A DNA stretch of 64,000 nucleotides. Source: an uncultured SAR86 cluster bacterium (lineage in GTDB: Bacteria; Pseudomonadota; Gammaproteobacteria; Magnimaribacterales; D2472). Shown here piece by piece: positions 1 to 10,640 of this stretch (its first letter is position 1; each line of letters begins with the position of its first letter). A model generated the notes under the pieces. That model was given only the letters and a program-made list of their open reading frames with translations. It was not told the DNA's origin and did no database searches. The DNA is taken from positions 132,758 to 196,757 of the forward strand of contig CACJBC010000001.1 of the NCBI GenBank assembly GCA_902591565.1. The letters run 5' to 3'. A program made the position numbers and the translations under genes.

Positions 1-1
1 A

Positions 2-1135
2 ACCATTCAAGAAAATGCTAAAGCATATGTAAATTCATTTACCGACAGCGATAACCTGGCTTGTTTCGCAGTTAAATCACTGAGTAATTTATCAATACTT
101 AATATCATTAAAAATAGTGGGTGTGGATTTGATATTGTTTCGGGTGGTGAGCTTCATAGGGTCCTATCAATTGGTGCAGATCCTAAGAAAGTTATCTTTT
201 CTGGAGTAGGTAAAACAAAGAAAGAGATAGAGCAAGGAATTAATAGTGGTATCTTATCTTTTAATGTTGAATCTGAATCTGAGCTATACAGAATTGAAAA
301 AGTTGCAGATGAAATTGGATCGCCTGCACCTATTTCTATAAGAATCAATCCTGATATTGATTCGGGCGGCCACGATTATATAACTACTGGGAGAAAAGGT
401 GATAAATTTGGAATATCTGAAACAAAAAAAATTATTGATTTATGTAATCATGCTCACCAAGCAAAGCATCTTAAAATAGTAGGACTTGCCTGTCACATAG
501 GATCACAAATTCTTGATCTTGACGGCTTTATTAAATCAGCTGATAAAATTTTTGAGTTAGCTGATGAATTAGCAAATTTTGATATTTCACTAGAGTTCTT
601 AGATCTTGGCGGGGGTCTGGGTATTTCATATGAAGACGAAGTGCCACCTTCACCTTTCGATCTTATTTCATGTCTTGAAGAAAAATTTAAAAGCAGAAAA
701 GAAAGATTAATCTTAGAGCCAGGAAGAAGCATATCTGCAAATGCAGGGATTCTTCTAACACAAGTTGAATATATCAAAGATAATTTCTTAATTGTTGATG
801 CGGCAATGAATGATCTTTTGCGACCCTCGCTCTATAAAGCACATCATGATGTATGCAATGTAATAGATAAAAAAGATAATTTAAAGAAATGGAATATTGT
901 TGGCCCAATATGTGAATCATCTGATTTTCTAGCTAAAAATATTTCTCTAGATGTGAATGAAGATGATTTAATTGCTATTAAAAATGCTGGTGCATATGGT
1001 TTTGTTATGGCATCAAACTATAACTCAAGGCCAAAAGCCTGCGAAATTCTTATCGATGGAAATGAGTCAAAGATTATTCGAGAAAGAGAGACACTTGATG
1101 ATCTTCTTGAAAAGGAGAGGATTGTAAATGATTAG
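2..1135 (+). CDS. lysA: diaminopimelate decarboxylase (5'-truncated by window edge)
   Basis: Frame open from base 2: FAVKSLSN (PLP lysine), HIGSQ, DLGGG, EPGR, GPICESSD, GAYGFVMASNYNSRP; upstream of dapF. Confidence 0.96.
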   Translation, partial: TIQENAKAYVNSFTDSDNLACFAVKSLSNLSILNIIKNSGCGFDIVSGGELHRVLSIGADPKKVIFSGVGKTKKEIEQGINSGILSFNVESESELYRIEKVADEIGSPAPISIRINPDIDSGGHDYITTGRKGDKFGISETKKIIDLCNHAHQAKHLKIVGLACHIGSQILDLDGFIKSADKIFELADELANFDISLEFLDLGGGLGISYEDEVPPSPFDLISCLEEKFKSRKERLILEPGRSISANAGILLTQVEYIKDNFLIVDAAMNDLLRPSLYKAHHDVCNVIDKKDNLKKWNIVGPICESSDFLAKNISLDVNEDDLIAIKNAGAYGFVMASNYNSRPKACEILIDGNESKIIRERETLDDLLEKERIVND

Positions 1136-1901
1136 TTTTGATAAGATGCATGGCAATGGTAATGATTTTATTGTTCTCAATTCAATAGATAATACTCATA
1201 AATTGTCAAAATCGAGAATTAAGAAACTGTCTGATAGAAATTTTGGCATTGGATTTGATCAAGTAATTTTAATTGGCCCTCCAACTAAAGATAGTTTTGA
1301 TTTTTCAATAAGATTCTTTAATGCAGATGGTGGTGAGGCATCAATGTGTCTAAATGGAATAAGGTGTGCTGCTGCATATGTCTGGCGAAACAATTTTGCC
1401 CCTAAGAAGATTATTAAGTTTAAAACTAAAAATAGGATTGTGGTTTGTGAGCCATACAAAAATCAGGTTAAGGCGACACTCCAGATTCCGTCTATATATA
1501 TTGATACTAAATTAGATAAAAAAATCGCAAAATTAACTTCTGATAAATTTAGTCTGGTTGATGCAGGAAATATGCATCTTTGTATTAAATCAACTTCAGT
1601 AAAAAATAAAGATCTTAATTCAATATATAAAAACCTTGAAAAACTAATCAAGCCTCTAGGATTTAATTTATCAATATATAAACTATCCAAGAAAATTGCT
1701 GATATGAGGACTTATGAAAATGGTGTTGGTGAAACTTTTTCATGTGGATCTGCAGCTTTAGCCGTTGCTTCATTATGCATTCAAGATAAATTCAAGACTA
1801 TATCCCCTGGTGGAGAATTAAATTTCATTAAAAAAAATAATGCTAATATAGAAATGATGGGTCCAGCTAAATATATATATTCAGGAAACATAAATGTCTA
1901 A
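1128..1901 (+). CDS. dapF: diaminopimelate epimerase
   Basis: KMHGNGNDF, FNADG..MCLNG, ENGVGETFSCGS motifs. Confidence 0.95.
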   Translation: MISFDKMHGNGNDFIVLNSIDNTHKLSKSRIKKLSDRNFGIGFDQVILIGPPTKDSFDFSIRFFNADGGEASMCLNGIRCAAAYVWRNNFAPKKIIKFKTKNRIVVCEPYKNQVKATLQIPSIYIDTKLDKKIAKLTSDKFSLVDAGNMHLCIKSTSVKNKDLNSIYKNLEKLIKPLGFNLSIYKLSKKIADMRTYENGVGETFSCGSAALAVASLCIQDKFKTISPGGELNFIKKNNANIEMMGPAKYIYSGNINV

Positions 1902-2532
1902 TAAGTTAGATGCGAAAGATGTTGAGCTTTTTTTACTTGATAATTTAGATTTTTTTGAATCGAGAGAGTCTCTTCTAAGTGAAATGAAATTTAAAGACTC
2001 AACGAGCTCTGCATCGTCCTTGCTGGAAAGGCAAATATATAAGCTCAGAGATGAACAAAAAGATTTAATGGGTCTTTTAACTTCTTTTATTGAAACTGCA
2101 CAGCTAAATGAAGATTTATTCAACAAATCGAAGGAGTTAACTTTGTCTATTCTAGATGCATCAAATAAAGATGAAGTTATAGGTGCCGTTCAAAATGATT
2201 TCACAAAAAGTTTTAATATTAATAATTGTCAGTTAAATTTTTATTCAAATTCAGAAATAGATAATATAGAAAAAGAGACTGGTATGTCATTTCATAAAGG
2301 TGCCATCCATTGTGGATCATTTTCAAGTGAAAAAATGGAATTTCTTTTTGAAGACAGCAAAGTTGAATCAGCTGTCATAGCTGTTTTGGTCAACAAAACT
2401 GAAATTGGATTGCTTAAGCTTGGGAGTTATGAAAGAACTAGATATCTTGGTGATGAAGATACGACATTCATAGAATATATTAGAGATATCTTAGAAAAAA
2501 AATTTCAATCAATAGACAGCCTTAATGCCTGA
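1894..2532 (+). CDS. DUF484/YigA-family protein
   Basis: SLLERQ..LR motif; position between dapF and xerC. Confidence 0.8.
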   Translation: MSNKLDAKDVELFLLDNLDFFESRESLLSEMKFKDSTSSASSLLERQIYKLRDEQKDLMGLLTSFIETAQLNEDLFNKSKELTLSILDASNKDEVIGAVQNDFTKSFNINNCQLNFYSNSEIDNIEKETGMSFHKGAIHCGSFSSEKMEFLFEDSKVESAVIAVLVNKTEIGLLKLGSYERTRYLGDEDTTFIEYIRDILEKKFQSIDSLNA

Positions 2533-3421
2533 AAAATATTTTGTTTATAAAGATATAGGGCTTTATATAAATTATATTTCTGAAGTTAAAAATCTCTCAA
2601 AAAATACCTCTAATTCATATCAAAGGGATCTTAGAAAATTATCTAAATATTTAGAGTCCATAAATATTGCAACCTATCATGAGATAGATGATGCCATATG
2701 CTCTGGCTGGCTTGGGAGTCTTTATGCATTGGAAAATAATCCGAGAAGCATCCAAAGACATCTATCATCCGCAAAAGGTTTCTTTAAATTTCTTAAAAAA
2801 AACTCTTTAATTGATTCATCACCCTTTGATTTAATTACAGCCCCCAAGTCACCCACTTATTTACCTGAGGTTCTATCGCCTGAAGATGTAAGCCAGTTAC
2901 TAAATTTTAAGCCTTCTGATTCTTTAGAAATAAGAGATCTTGCCATTGTTGAACTTATGTACTCATCAGGATTAAGGGTTTCTGAGACTGCAAATATTAA
3001 TTTAGAAGACTTCGAAGAAGAAATGTCTTTTCTTAGAGTTTTGGGTAAAGGTTCTAAAACAAGGCTTGTGCCCATTGGCAGATATGCTAAAGCAGCTATA
3101 GACAACTGGATTTTAGAAAGATCAAAATTCTCAAATGAATCTAATGCACTATTTATAAATTTAAAAGGCTCAAGGCTTACTATACGTAGTATTCAACTAA
3201 GATTAAAAAGATTAGCTTTAAAACAAGGACTTCCTCCAATTCATCCACATATGTTAAGACATAGCTTTGCAACTCATATGCTAGAATCCAGCGGCGATCT
3301 CAGAACTATCCAAGAACTATTGGGTCATAGTTCATTATCTACAACACAAATTTATACTAAGTTAGATTATCAACATCTTGTCAAAATATATGATCAAGCC
3401 CATCCCAGAGCAAAAAAATGA
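2525..3421 (+). CDS. xerC: tyrosine recombinase XerC
   Basis: [44 protein letters not shown]; lysA-dapF-yigA-xerC-yigB synteny. Confidence 0.92.
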   Translation: MPEKYFVYKDIGLYINYISEVKNLSKNTSNSYQRDLRKLSKYLESINIATYHEIDDAICSGWLGSLYALENNPRSIQRHLSSAKGFFKFLKKNSLIDSSPFDLITAPKSPTYLPEVLSPEDVSQLLNFKPSDSLEIRDLAIVELMYSSGLRVSETANINLEDFEEEMSFLRVLGKGSKTRLVPIGRYAKAAIDNWILERSKFSNESNALFINLKGSRLTIRSIQLRLKRLALKQGLPPIHPHMLRHSFATHMLESSGDLRTIQELLGHSSLSTTQIYTKLDYQHLVKIYDQAHPRAKK

Positions 3422-4128
3422 ATAGGAAAATCAAAATGATTACTTTTGATCTCGATGATACTCTTTGGGATAACAGACCCACGATCACAAATGCAGAAAT
3501 TGAAACCAGAAAATGGATAGAAACCAGAGTTGGAAGTATTAATTGGGGAGATTTAAATGATTTTCTTCTTCTTAGAGAAGCCTTAATTGAAAAAGATGAA
3601 AGTATTGCTTGGGATATAAGTAAGCTGAGAATTGAAATTTTTAAAGAAAAAATGAAAGGTCTAGGTTCATCATATGATATTCAGAAACTTGCAGAAGATG
3701 CCTTCGACTTTTTTCTTAAAAAAAGACATGAGATTAAATTATTTCCTGGTGTGGAAGTTGTTATTAAAAATCTTTCAAAAAATTACACCCTAGGAGTTCT
3801 TACTAACGGTAATGCTGATATTTATAAATTAAATATTGGTAAATATTTCAAATTTTCAATTAGTTCATTAGAAGCTCAAAATAGTAAGCCCAATAAAAGT
3901 CATTTTGAACTAGCTAAAAACTATCTTGCAAACTTAGCATATAATGAAATGCTTCATATTGGAGACCATCAAATTAATGACATCTTGGGCGCACATTCTC
4001 TTGGTATTAATGTTTTATGGTTTAATAACAACGAAGCTTCATGGAATCAAAATTTTAAAAAACCAGAAGAGTTTTCTAATTGGCAAAACCTAGAAAACAT
4101 TATTAAGGAAAAATATGAGTCAAGATGA
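3418..4128 (+). CDS. HAD-superfamily hydrolase (YigB-like)
   Basis: [27 protein letters not shown]. Confidence 0.88.
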   Translation: MNRKIKMITFDLDDTLWDNRPTITNAEIETRKWIETRVGSINWGDLNDFLLLREALIEKDESIAWDISKLRIEIFKEKMKGLGSSYDIQKLAEDAFDFFLKKRHEIKLFPGVEVVIKNLSKNYTLGVLTNGNADIYKLNIGKYFKFSISSLEAQNSKPNKSHFELAKNYLANLAYNEMLHIGDHQINDILGAHSLGINVLWFNNNEASWNQNFKKPEEFSNWQNLENIIKEKYESR

Positions 4129-4354
4129 ACTTACAAAAGCCATAATTAATATTATTAATAAAGAACTTGGTGTGGTAAAAGAAATTCTTCCTAAAGACCT
4201 TTTAAAAAATTTACAAAAAGTTATTAGTCCTGAATTAGAAAACCTAATTGAAAAAAGTGGTTATGTTTCTAAATCTAAGTACAAAGCACTTGAGAGATTA
4301 GCTCAAGAATTAGAAGATAGAATAGTTGATCTTGAAAAGAAAATTAAAGAGTAA
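4115..4354 (+). CDS. small coiled-coil protein, possibly UbiK/YqiC (BMFP) family
   Basis: 79 aa ending LEDRIVDLEKK; overlaps upstream stop; family call weak. Confidence 0.5.
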   Translation: MSQDELTKAIINIINKELGVVKEILPKDLLKNLQKVISPELENLIEKSGYVSKSKYKALERLAQELEDRIVDLEKKIKE

Positions 4355-4742
4355 GAATATACTTTGATAGCTCTTTGATATCATTTTCAGACAGAGCAGC
4401 CGCCTGTGCATACATAAGGGCGCTTTGAGGACCTCTCTCAATATTGTTCTTATATTCATTTAGTGCTGAAGCAATATATTCACTAGTCTGCCCTTTAAAA
4501 GATGGTCCTATTCCACCCTCACCCTTTGCTCCATGACAAGCAATACAGCCAGCATAAAGTTTAGTGCCTTTGGATGCAGTGTCGCTATCGGCGATAGTTG
4601 CAACCTCACCACACTCCTGACCTTCAATACAAATATTTACATTAAGATGGATTCTCTCAATGACAGATTCATCATATTTTTTTCCATTAAAGAGAAATAT
4701 TGCACATAAGGGTAAAATATATAAGTAGTATTTATTTTTCAT
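4344..4742 (-). CDS. monoheme c-type cytochrome
   Basis: CIACHG, distal Met (ALMYAQA), N-terminal hydrophobic stretch; start moved to MKNKYY. Confidence 0.85.
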   Translation of the reverse strand: MKNKYYLYILPLCAIFLFNGKKYDESVIERIHLNVNICIEGQECGEVATIADSDTASKGTKLYAGCIACHGAKGEGGIGPSFKGQTSEYIASALNEYKNNIERGPQSALMYAQAAALSENDIKELSKYILTL

Positions 4743-4749
4743 ATTATTC

Positions 4750-5373
4750 CTATGAGTTTGGTCTTTGAAGTTCAATAACGTGATCAACAACTTTTAACAT
4801 GTCACTAAAAGAGCCTTTCGACTGAATTACATATGTTCCATCAACAATAATCATTGGTACAGCTGAGATTTTTAACTGTTTTGCATATTTTATGCCCCTA
4901 TTAACTCTTTGTTTAACTGAAAAGGAATTAAGATATTGCTCAGTAACTTCTGGTGCAATACCAAATTTTTCTAAGAACTCTTTAATTGCTTTTGTATTTT
5001 GAAGAAAGTTTCCTTCCTTGTGTATTGTTACAAATACAGCGGAGTGGGTTGATGGATCCAGTTTTAAAGCCTCAATTGTATAAAAAAGTGCAGCATGTAA
5101 TTGATGAATGCCTCCCCATGTAATTGGCATTTTTGTTAGCTTGGTATCAGAGTCTAAATTTTCTTTCCAACTATTAATTGCAGGCTCAAAAGAATAACAA
5201 TGTGCACAGCCGTACCAGAAGGACTCAGTTACTTCAACGATACCATCTTTTTTTACAGGTAAAGGATTGTCTACTAACACATAGTCTCTGCCTAACTTAT
5301 ATTCAGCACTTAATGAAAGTGCTAAAAGAGCTATAAATGAAAATCTAGTTAATTTTGTAAGTAATTTTATCAT
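4750..5373 (-). CDS. dsbA: thiol:disulfide interchange protein DsbA
   Basis: Signal peptide, FWYGCAHCY, AVP cis-Pro loop; follows cytochrome c4. Confidence 0.88.
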   Translation of the reverse strand: MIKLLTKLTRFSFIALLALSLSAEYKLGRDYVLVDNPLPVKKDGIVEVTESFWYGCAHCYSFEPAINSWKENLDSDTKLTKMPITWGGIHQLHAALFYTIEALKLDPSTHSAVFVTIHKEGNFLQNTKAIKEFLEKFGIAPEVTEQYLNSFSVKQRVNRGIKYAKQLKISAVPMIIVDGTYVIQSKGSFSDMLKVVDHVIELQRPNS

Positions 5374-6035
5374 TTGTATAAACCATGCATGTAATTGGCT
5401 AATGCATCTATTTCATTATCAGTAAGATTCTCTGCTATTGATTGCATTACTAAAGATTGCTCACCAGCATTTCTTTCTTTTGATCTGTATGCTTTTAAAG
5501 ATGAAACTAAATATCCAACTTGCTGCCCAGCTACCGCTGGATAATTGGCAAGATTATTGCCATCACCATATACTGAATGACACGATGTGCATGCAGGTAT
5601 CTGTTTTTTAATATCGCCAAATCTGTAAAGCTTTGTACCAAGCTCTAATAATTCAGTATCATTTTTTGCCTTACCGCCTGTTGAAACATTTGAGCTATAG
5701 AAAGCAGCTATATCTAATAGATCTTTGTCGCTTAAAGATTGCAAGTAAGGTGTAACCGTCATCATCAGAGCATTGTTTCTTTCTCCGCTCCTAAAATATT
5801 TTAACTGCTCATATAAGTATTTTTCATTTTGGCCAGCAATTTTAGGCCAATCCGAATTAATGCTATTTCCATCTTCACCATGACATGCAGCACAGGACTG
5901 CACTAGAGCAGCGCCTTTAGATGCATCACCGGATACAAATCCTTTGGGCATATCATCTGGCCCTAATGATTTTTCTGCAGCATTGGTACTAAATGCCAAA
6001 AAAAATGTAGCTGTTAATATCAAAAATGATTTCAT
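5370..6035 (-). CDS. diheme cytochrome c4
   Basis: CAACHG and CTSCH heme sites, signal peptide from MKSFLIL; divergent from engB. Confidence 0.92.
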   Translation of the reverse strand: MKSFLILTATFFLAFSTNAAEKSLGPDDMPKGFVSGDASKGAALVQSCAACHGEDGNSINSDWPKIAGQNEKYLYEQLKYFRSGERNNALMMTVTPYLQSLSDKDLLDIAAFYSSNVSTGGKAKNDTELLELGTKLYRFGDIKKQIPACTSCHSVYGDGNNLANYPAVAGQQVGYLVSSLKAYRSKERNAGEQSLVMQSIAENLTDNEIDALANYMHGLYK

Positions 6036-6102
6036 AAAACTTAATAAGTGTGTCTTTGTGATGTGTATTATAAACATAGGTTGGTATGATATAAACGATT
6101 AT

Positions 6103-6687
6103 ATGAAAAACCTTTTTAAAGATACTAAATTCATGCTTGGTGTAACTAAGTATAAAAATCTACCAGAAGATGTGGGTGATGAGATTCTTTTGGCAGGAAG
6201 GTCTAATGCTGGGAAATCGAGTGCCCTTAATGCTTTAACAGGCAACCCAAAATTAGCAAGAATTAGTAAGACTCCAGGAAGAACAACAGAGATTAATTTT
6301 TTTAAAGTAAATGATTCGCTTAAGTTAGTTGATTTACCAGGATATGGATTTGCCAAATCAAGCTCATACAAAAGAAAGGACTGGGCGCCCCTTCTAGAAG
6401 AATACTTTGCAAGAAGGGAGTCACTTAAGGCAGTTGTTATTTTTATGGATATTAGGCATCCATTAAAAGACCGCGACAAGGATATGATTGCTTTATGCAA
6501 CAGCGAAAATATTCCTTTTATACCGGTATTAACCAAAAGCGATAAGCTATCTAATAACCAAAAAAATAAAGCCCTTTCTCAAGTAAATAAAAATATGATT
6601 GGTGTAGAAGCCATAGCAGTCTCTTCAAAAGATATTACTGGTTTTGACAAGCTATCAAAGGAAATACTAAACTTTTCAAGTGCTTGA
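6103..6687 (+). CDS. engB: ribosome biogenesis GTPase EngB/YihA
   Basis: GRSNAGKSS, SKTPGRT, DLPGYG, TKSDK; start moved to MKNLF. Confidence 0.94.
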   Translation: MKNLFKDTKFMLGVTKYKNLPEDVGDEILLAGRSNAGKSSALNALTGNPKLARISKTPGRTTEINFFKVNDSLKLVDLPGYGFAKSSSYKRKDWAPLLEEYFARRESLKAVVIFMDIRHPLKDRDKDMIALCNSENIPFIPVLTKSDKLSNNQKNKALSQVNKNMIGVEAIAVSSKDITGFDKLSKEILNFSSA

Positions 6688-7195
6688 ATACCAAAAACAA
6701 AACTGTCAATTAACCTTAAGAGAAGGCTTGGAATGCTATTATCAGTCTTTTCCTGAGTCAAAAGAGATACTCAAAGATAGTCCTGAATCAGGATATCTTT
6801 TGCGTAATCATGATTGCACTCATGTCATTTTTGGTCTTGATATATCAATTGATCAAGAAGCTATATTAGACACATGGGTCTTATGGGGCTCTTCATTCAA
6901 GTGGAAGTACCTTATGAGCTATGCAAAACTTCCACAAATTAAAGATCTTCAGAAAAGACTTTTTAATGAATTTGGGATTAAAGGATTTCTAAGTCTTTAC
7001 TGGAATACTATTGGCATAAAAAGAAAAGTTTTTTTTAGGGCTCGAAAAATGAAAAAAAAGTGGCCTTTTCAAATGCCAAAGGAATATTTAGATATAAAAA
7101 TATCAGATCTAAGAGAAATGCATGGCATTAATATACTTTCAGCAGAAGAATTAAATTACAAACCAACCCAATGGTCTGGATCTATAAGTAAATAA
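6680..7195 (+). CDS. hypothetical protein with Coq4-like HDxxH(x)11E motif
   Basis: HDCTHVIFGLDISIDQE; GTG start overlapping engB stop. Confidence 0.6.
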   Translation: MLEYQKQNCQLTLREGLECYYQSFPESKEILKDSPESGYLLRNHDCTHVIFGLDISIDQEAILDTWVLWGSSFKWKYLMSYAKLPQIKDLQKRLFNEFGIKGFLSLYWNTIGIKRKVFFRARKMKKKWPFQMPKEYLDIKISDLREMHGINILSAEELNYKPTQWSGSISK

Positions 7196-7199
7196 ATAT

Positions 7200-9914
7200 T
7201 TAGTGTGCTTCGTTCCAATTTTTTCCTATTGCTGCGTCTGCAATGAGAGGAATATCTAGTTTTACGGCATTCTCCATCATATCCTTCACTAATTTCAAAA
7301 CTTCCTCTGCATTTGTTTTAGGTGTTTCAAAAATCAATTCATCATGGACCTGCATTATCATTTTTGTTTGAGGTAACTCTTTATTCAAAAAGGAATTAAT
7401 ATCAATCATGGCTTTTTTGATTATGTCTGCTGCGGATCCTTGCAAAGGAGCATTAATAGCAGCTCTCTCTGCTGCTTGCCTTCTCAAACCATTAGCTGCA
7501 TTAATTTCGTTAAGATACAAACGCCTACCCATAAGGGTTTCAACAAACATATCTTCTTTGGCTTGGGCTTTTGTGTTAGCCATATAATCTTTTACGCCTG
7601 TATATCTTTCAAAATAAGTATCTAAATATTTTTGTGCATCTGCTCTTGGTATATCTAATTGTCTAGTTAGTCCAAAAGCTGACATTCCATACATTAAACC
7701 AAAATTAATTGCTTTTGCACTTCTTCTATGATCATCGGTTACATTTTCTATTTTTACTCCAAAGACTTCAGCTGCTGTTGAAGAATGGACATCTAATCCC
7801 TTTTTAAAAGCATTTGTGAGATTCTTATCTTTTGAAAGGTGAGCCATAATTCTCAACTCAATCTGAGAATAATCTGCAGATATCAGTACATTTTCTTTTT
7901 CAGGTATAAAAGCTTCTCTTATCCTTCTTCCCTCTGCAGTTTTAATTGGTATATTTTGTAAATTAGGCTCTGTTGATGAGAGCCTTCCAGTTGAAGTAAT
8001 GGCTTGTTGATAAGATGTATGAATTCTAAGTGTAACAGGGTTCTCGATTTTAATAAGGCTATCTGTATATGTTGATTTAAGTTTTGCCAAAGTTCGATAT
8101 TGAAGAATAATTTTTGGTAGCTCATATTCTTCAGATAATCTTTGAAGGGTTTCTTCATTTGTTGATGGTTGACCTTTTGGAGTTTTCTTAAGAACTGGTA
8201 ACTTTAATTTCTCATACAAGACTTCTAAGAGTTGTTTAGGTGAGTCTAAATTAAATTCTTCTCCGGCAATTTTGAATGCTTGAGAACTCAAATCTGATAT
8301 TTTTTCTGCAAGCTCTTCTGAGTGTGCGGCTAACTTAGCTTTATCAATTTTTGCTCCATTTTGTTCAACATTTGAAAGAACATGAACAAGCGGGTACTCA
8401 ATCTCTTTTAGCAACTTCCTTTGTGTTGGCTTGTCTTCAAGAAGCTCCTCAAGTTTGTTAAAAAGTCTTAGAGTAATATCAGCATCTTCTGCTGCATAAT
8501 TAGTTGCGATATCAATTTCAACCTTTGAAAAACTGATTTGTTTTGATGCTGTTCCAGCAACATCACCGTACTTTATTGTTTCATAATCAAGATAATATGA
8601 AGCTAACTTATCCATGCCATGTCTAGTTGCAGTACTGTTAAGAACGTAAGACATTAACATGGTATCTGCGTGGAATTTATCCAACTGAATTTTATGCCTT
8701 GATAAAATTGGTATATCAAATTTTAAATTCTGGCCAATAGCTTTTTCTTTGTTCCTTTCTATGGCCGTTCCAATTATATCTATGACTAATTCAAGACTTG
8801 ATTGTTTAGGACAGTCTTCGTAATTATGGCCTATTGGTATATAACATCCAGCTCCCTCTTTTACAGATAATGATATGCCAACAAGATTTGCAGTAATTGT
8901 ATCCAATGAATCTGTTTCAGTATCTATTGCAAAAACCTTGCATTCATCGAGTTTCTTTGCCCAAGCTTTTAATTGATCTTCTTTTAAAACAGTCTCGTAG
9001 TTTTTATTTATCTCTTTTAAGGCCTCTTTATTATCTAATTGTTTTGAGTTTTTATCTGCAGATTCTTTTGAGGAATTTTTTGACATTGGCTTGAACTCCA
9101 ATTCTGCAAAAAGCTCATCAAGCCTCTCTTGATTTGCGTTAAGCTCAAGCAAACTATCAAATTCCAGACCCAAATCAACATCTTGTTTTAAAGATACAAG
9201 TTCTACATTTCTATCTAAATCAGCAAGAGAATTACGAAGGTTTTCTCCAACTACACCCTTAATGGATTCAGCATTAGCTTTTATACCATCTAAGTTTTTA
9301 TATTGATTTAGCCACTTAGCTGCTGTTTTTTGACCAACCTTTGGAACTCCTGGAATATTGTCAGAGGTATCTCCAACTAGAGCAAGCATATCTCTGATTT
9401 GATTTGGCTGAACACCAAATTTATCAAATACTTTTTCTTCAGTATAAATTTGATGTGTCATTGTATTCATAATTGTTGTATGAGGATCCTCAACCAACTG
9501 CATCAGATCTTTATCTAAAGAGGAAACAACTGCTTTATATTTTTTTTCTTTTGACTTCTTTACCAAAGTTGCAATTACATCATCTGCTTCAACTCCTGAA
9601 ATCTCAATCAGAGGAAATCCTATTGCTTTACATATTTCTTTTAGCGGCACCAGCTGATCCCTCAAATCATCAGGCATAGGTGGTCTATTAGCTTTGTATT
9701 CTTTATAAATTTCACTTCTAAAGGTTTTTCCTTTAGCATCAAAAACAACAATAATTGGTGAGCCTTCACTGTCTTTTTTTAAAGTCATCAACATATTTGT
9801 GACTCCTTTAATTGCTCCTGTGGGCTGCCCTTTTGATGTGCTTAGAGGTGGCATAGCGTGATAGGCGCGATATAAATATGAAGAGCCATCAATTATAAAT
9901 AATCTATCTTTCAT
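7200..9914 (-). CDS. polA: DNA polymerase I
   Basis: DGSSYLYRAYHA 5'-exo, DTET 3'-exo, ADYSQIELR, AKAINFGLMYG, QVHDEL. Confidence 0.98.
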   Translation of the reverse strand: MKDRLFIIDGSSYLYRAYHAMPPLSTSKGQPTGAIKGVTNMLMTLKKDSEGSPIIVVFDAKGKTFRSEIYKEYKANRPPMPDDLRDQLVPLKEICKAIGFPLIEISGVEADDVIATLVKKSKEKKYKAVVSSLDKDLMQLVEDPHTTIMNTMTHQIYTEEKVFDKFGVQPNQIRDMLALVGDTSDNIPGVPKVGQKTAAKWLNQYKNLDGIKANAESIKGVVGENLRNSLADLDRNVELVSLKQDVDLGLEFDSLLELNANQERLDELFAELEFKPMSKNSSKESADKNSKQLDNKEALKEINKNYETVLKEDQLKAWAKKLDECKVFAIDTETDSLDTITANLVGISLSVKEGAGCYIPIGHNYEDCPKQSSLELVIDIIGTAIERNKEKAIGQNLKFDIPILSRHKIQLDKFHADTMLMSYVLNSTATRHGMDKLASYYLDYETIKYGDVAGTASKQISFSKVEIDIATNYAAEDADITLRLFNKLEELLEDKPTQRKLLKEIEYPLVHVLSNVEQNGAKIDKAKLAAHSEELAEKISDLSSQAFKIAGEEFNLDSPKQLLEVLYEKLKLPVLKKTPKGQPSTNEETLQRLSEEYELPKIILQYRTLAKLKSTYTDSLIKIENPVTLRIHTSYQQAITSTGRLSSTEPNLQNIPIKTAEGRRIREAFIPEKENVLISADYSQIELRIMAHLSKDKNLTNAFKKGLDVHSSTAAEVFGVKIENVTDDHRRSAKAINFGLMYGMSAFGLTRQLDIPRADAQKYLDTYFERYTGVKDYMANTKAQAKEDMFVETLMGRRLYLNEINAANGLRRQAAERAAINAPLQGSAADIIKKAMIDINSFLNKELPQTKMIMQVHDELIFETPKTNAEEVLKLVKDMMENAVKLDIPLIADAAIGKNWNEAH

Positions 9915-9987
9915 ATTAATTTAATTTCCTATCTAAGGTGTATTCTGCAAGAGTATTTCTTATACTATTGTAAAACTATCAATTTTT

Positions 9988-10500
9988 ATGTTTAAACGCC
10001 TTAAAAACTATACTATTTCAGTGTATCAAAACTATTTTGAAATAGCCTCATGTTTAGGTGCAAGTTTGATAATTATATTAGCAATTTTTATGGATTATAT
10101 TTTAGGTCTTCAAGCTTGTCCGATGTGCATGATGACAAGATACCTTTTTGGTGTAATTTCTGTTATTGCATTCTTAGGCTTCTTAATTAAAAAAATATAT
10201 TTATTAGATAAGCTTCTCATAGTTTTGACGTCAGTTTGCGGACTTGCTGTCACAGGAAAACAAATCTATCTACAAAACCTTAGCCCAGAAGAAATTAGTA
10301 ACTTGCCAATGAGTTGTGGCATGCCGTTAGAAACACAAATAGAATATTTTGGTTTTTTTGGAGGTATTGCTAATGCTTACAAAGGTGGGCCAGCATGTGC
10401 TGAAGTTAATTGGAGTTTCATTTTTAACTTTGCAGAATGGGGTTTTTTATTCTTCTTAATTTTCTTAATATCTTCAGTACTTAAATTATTTAGAATATAA
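9988..10500 (+). CDS. dsbB: disulfide bond formation protein DsbB
   Basis: Four TM segments, CPMC..R plus second Cys pair (SCG...ACAE). Confidence 0.85.
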   Translation: MFKRLKNYTISVYQNYFEIASCLGASLIIILAIFMDYILGLQACPMCMMTRYLFGVISVIAFLGFLIKKIYLLDKLLIVLTSVCGLAVTGKQIYLQNLSPEEISNLPMSCGMPLETQIEYFGFFGGIANAYKGGPACAEVNWSFIFNFAEWGFLFFLIFLISSVLKLFRI

Positions 10501-10640
10501 ATTAATCGATTTTGTAACAAAACTACAAGCATAATCGCTTATAAAGCCTTTATTTTAGGGATTTTTTATCGTATTTGACTACTATATGATCCTAATATCT
10601 AATTCACTACAAATATGTAAAATTTTTACAAGTATATATA

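Noticed and set aside
2525-3421. XerC as the array recombinase (dif-module model)
   Set aside because: It sits in its housekeeping context and the junctions do not resemble dif XerC/XerD arms; not excluded, but unsupported.
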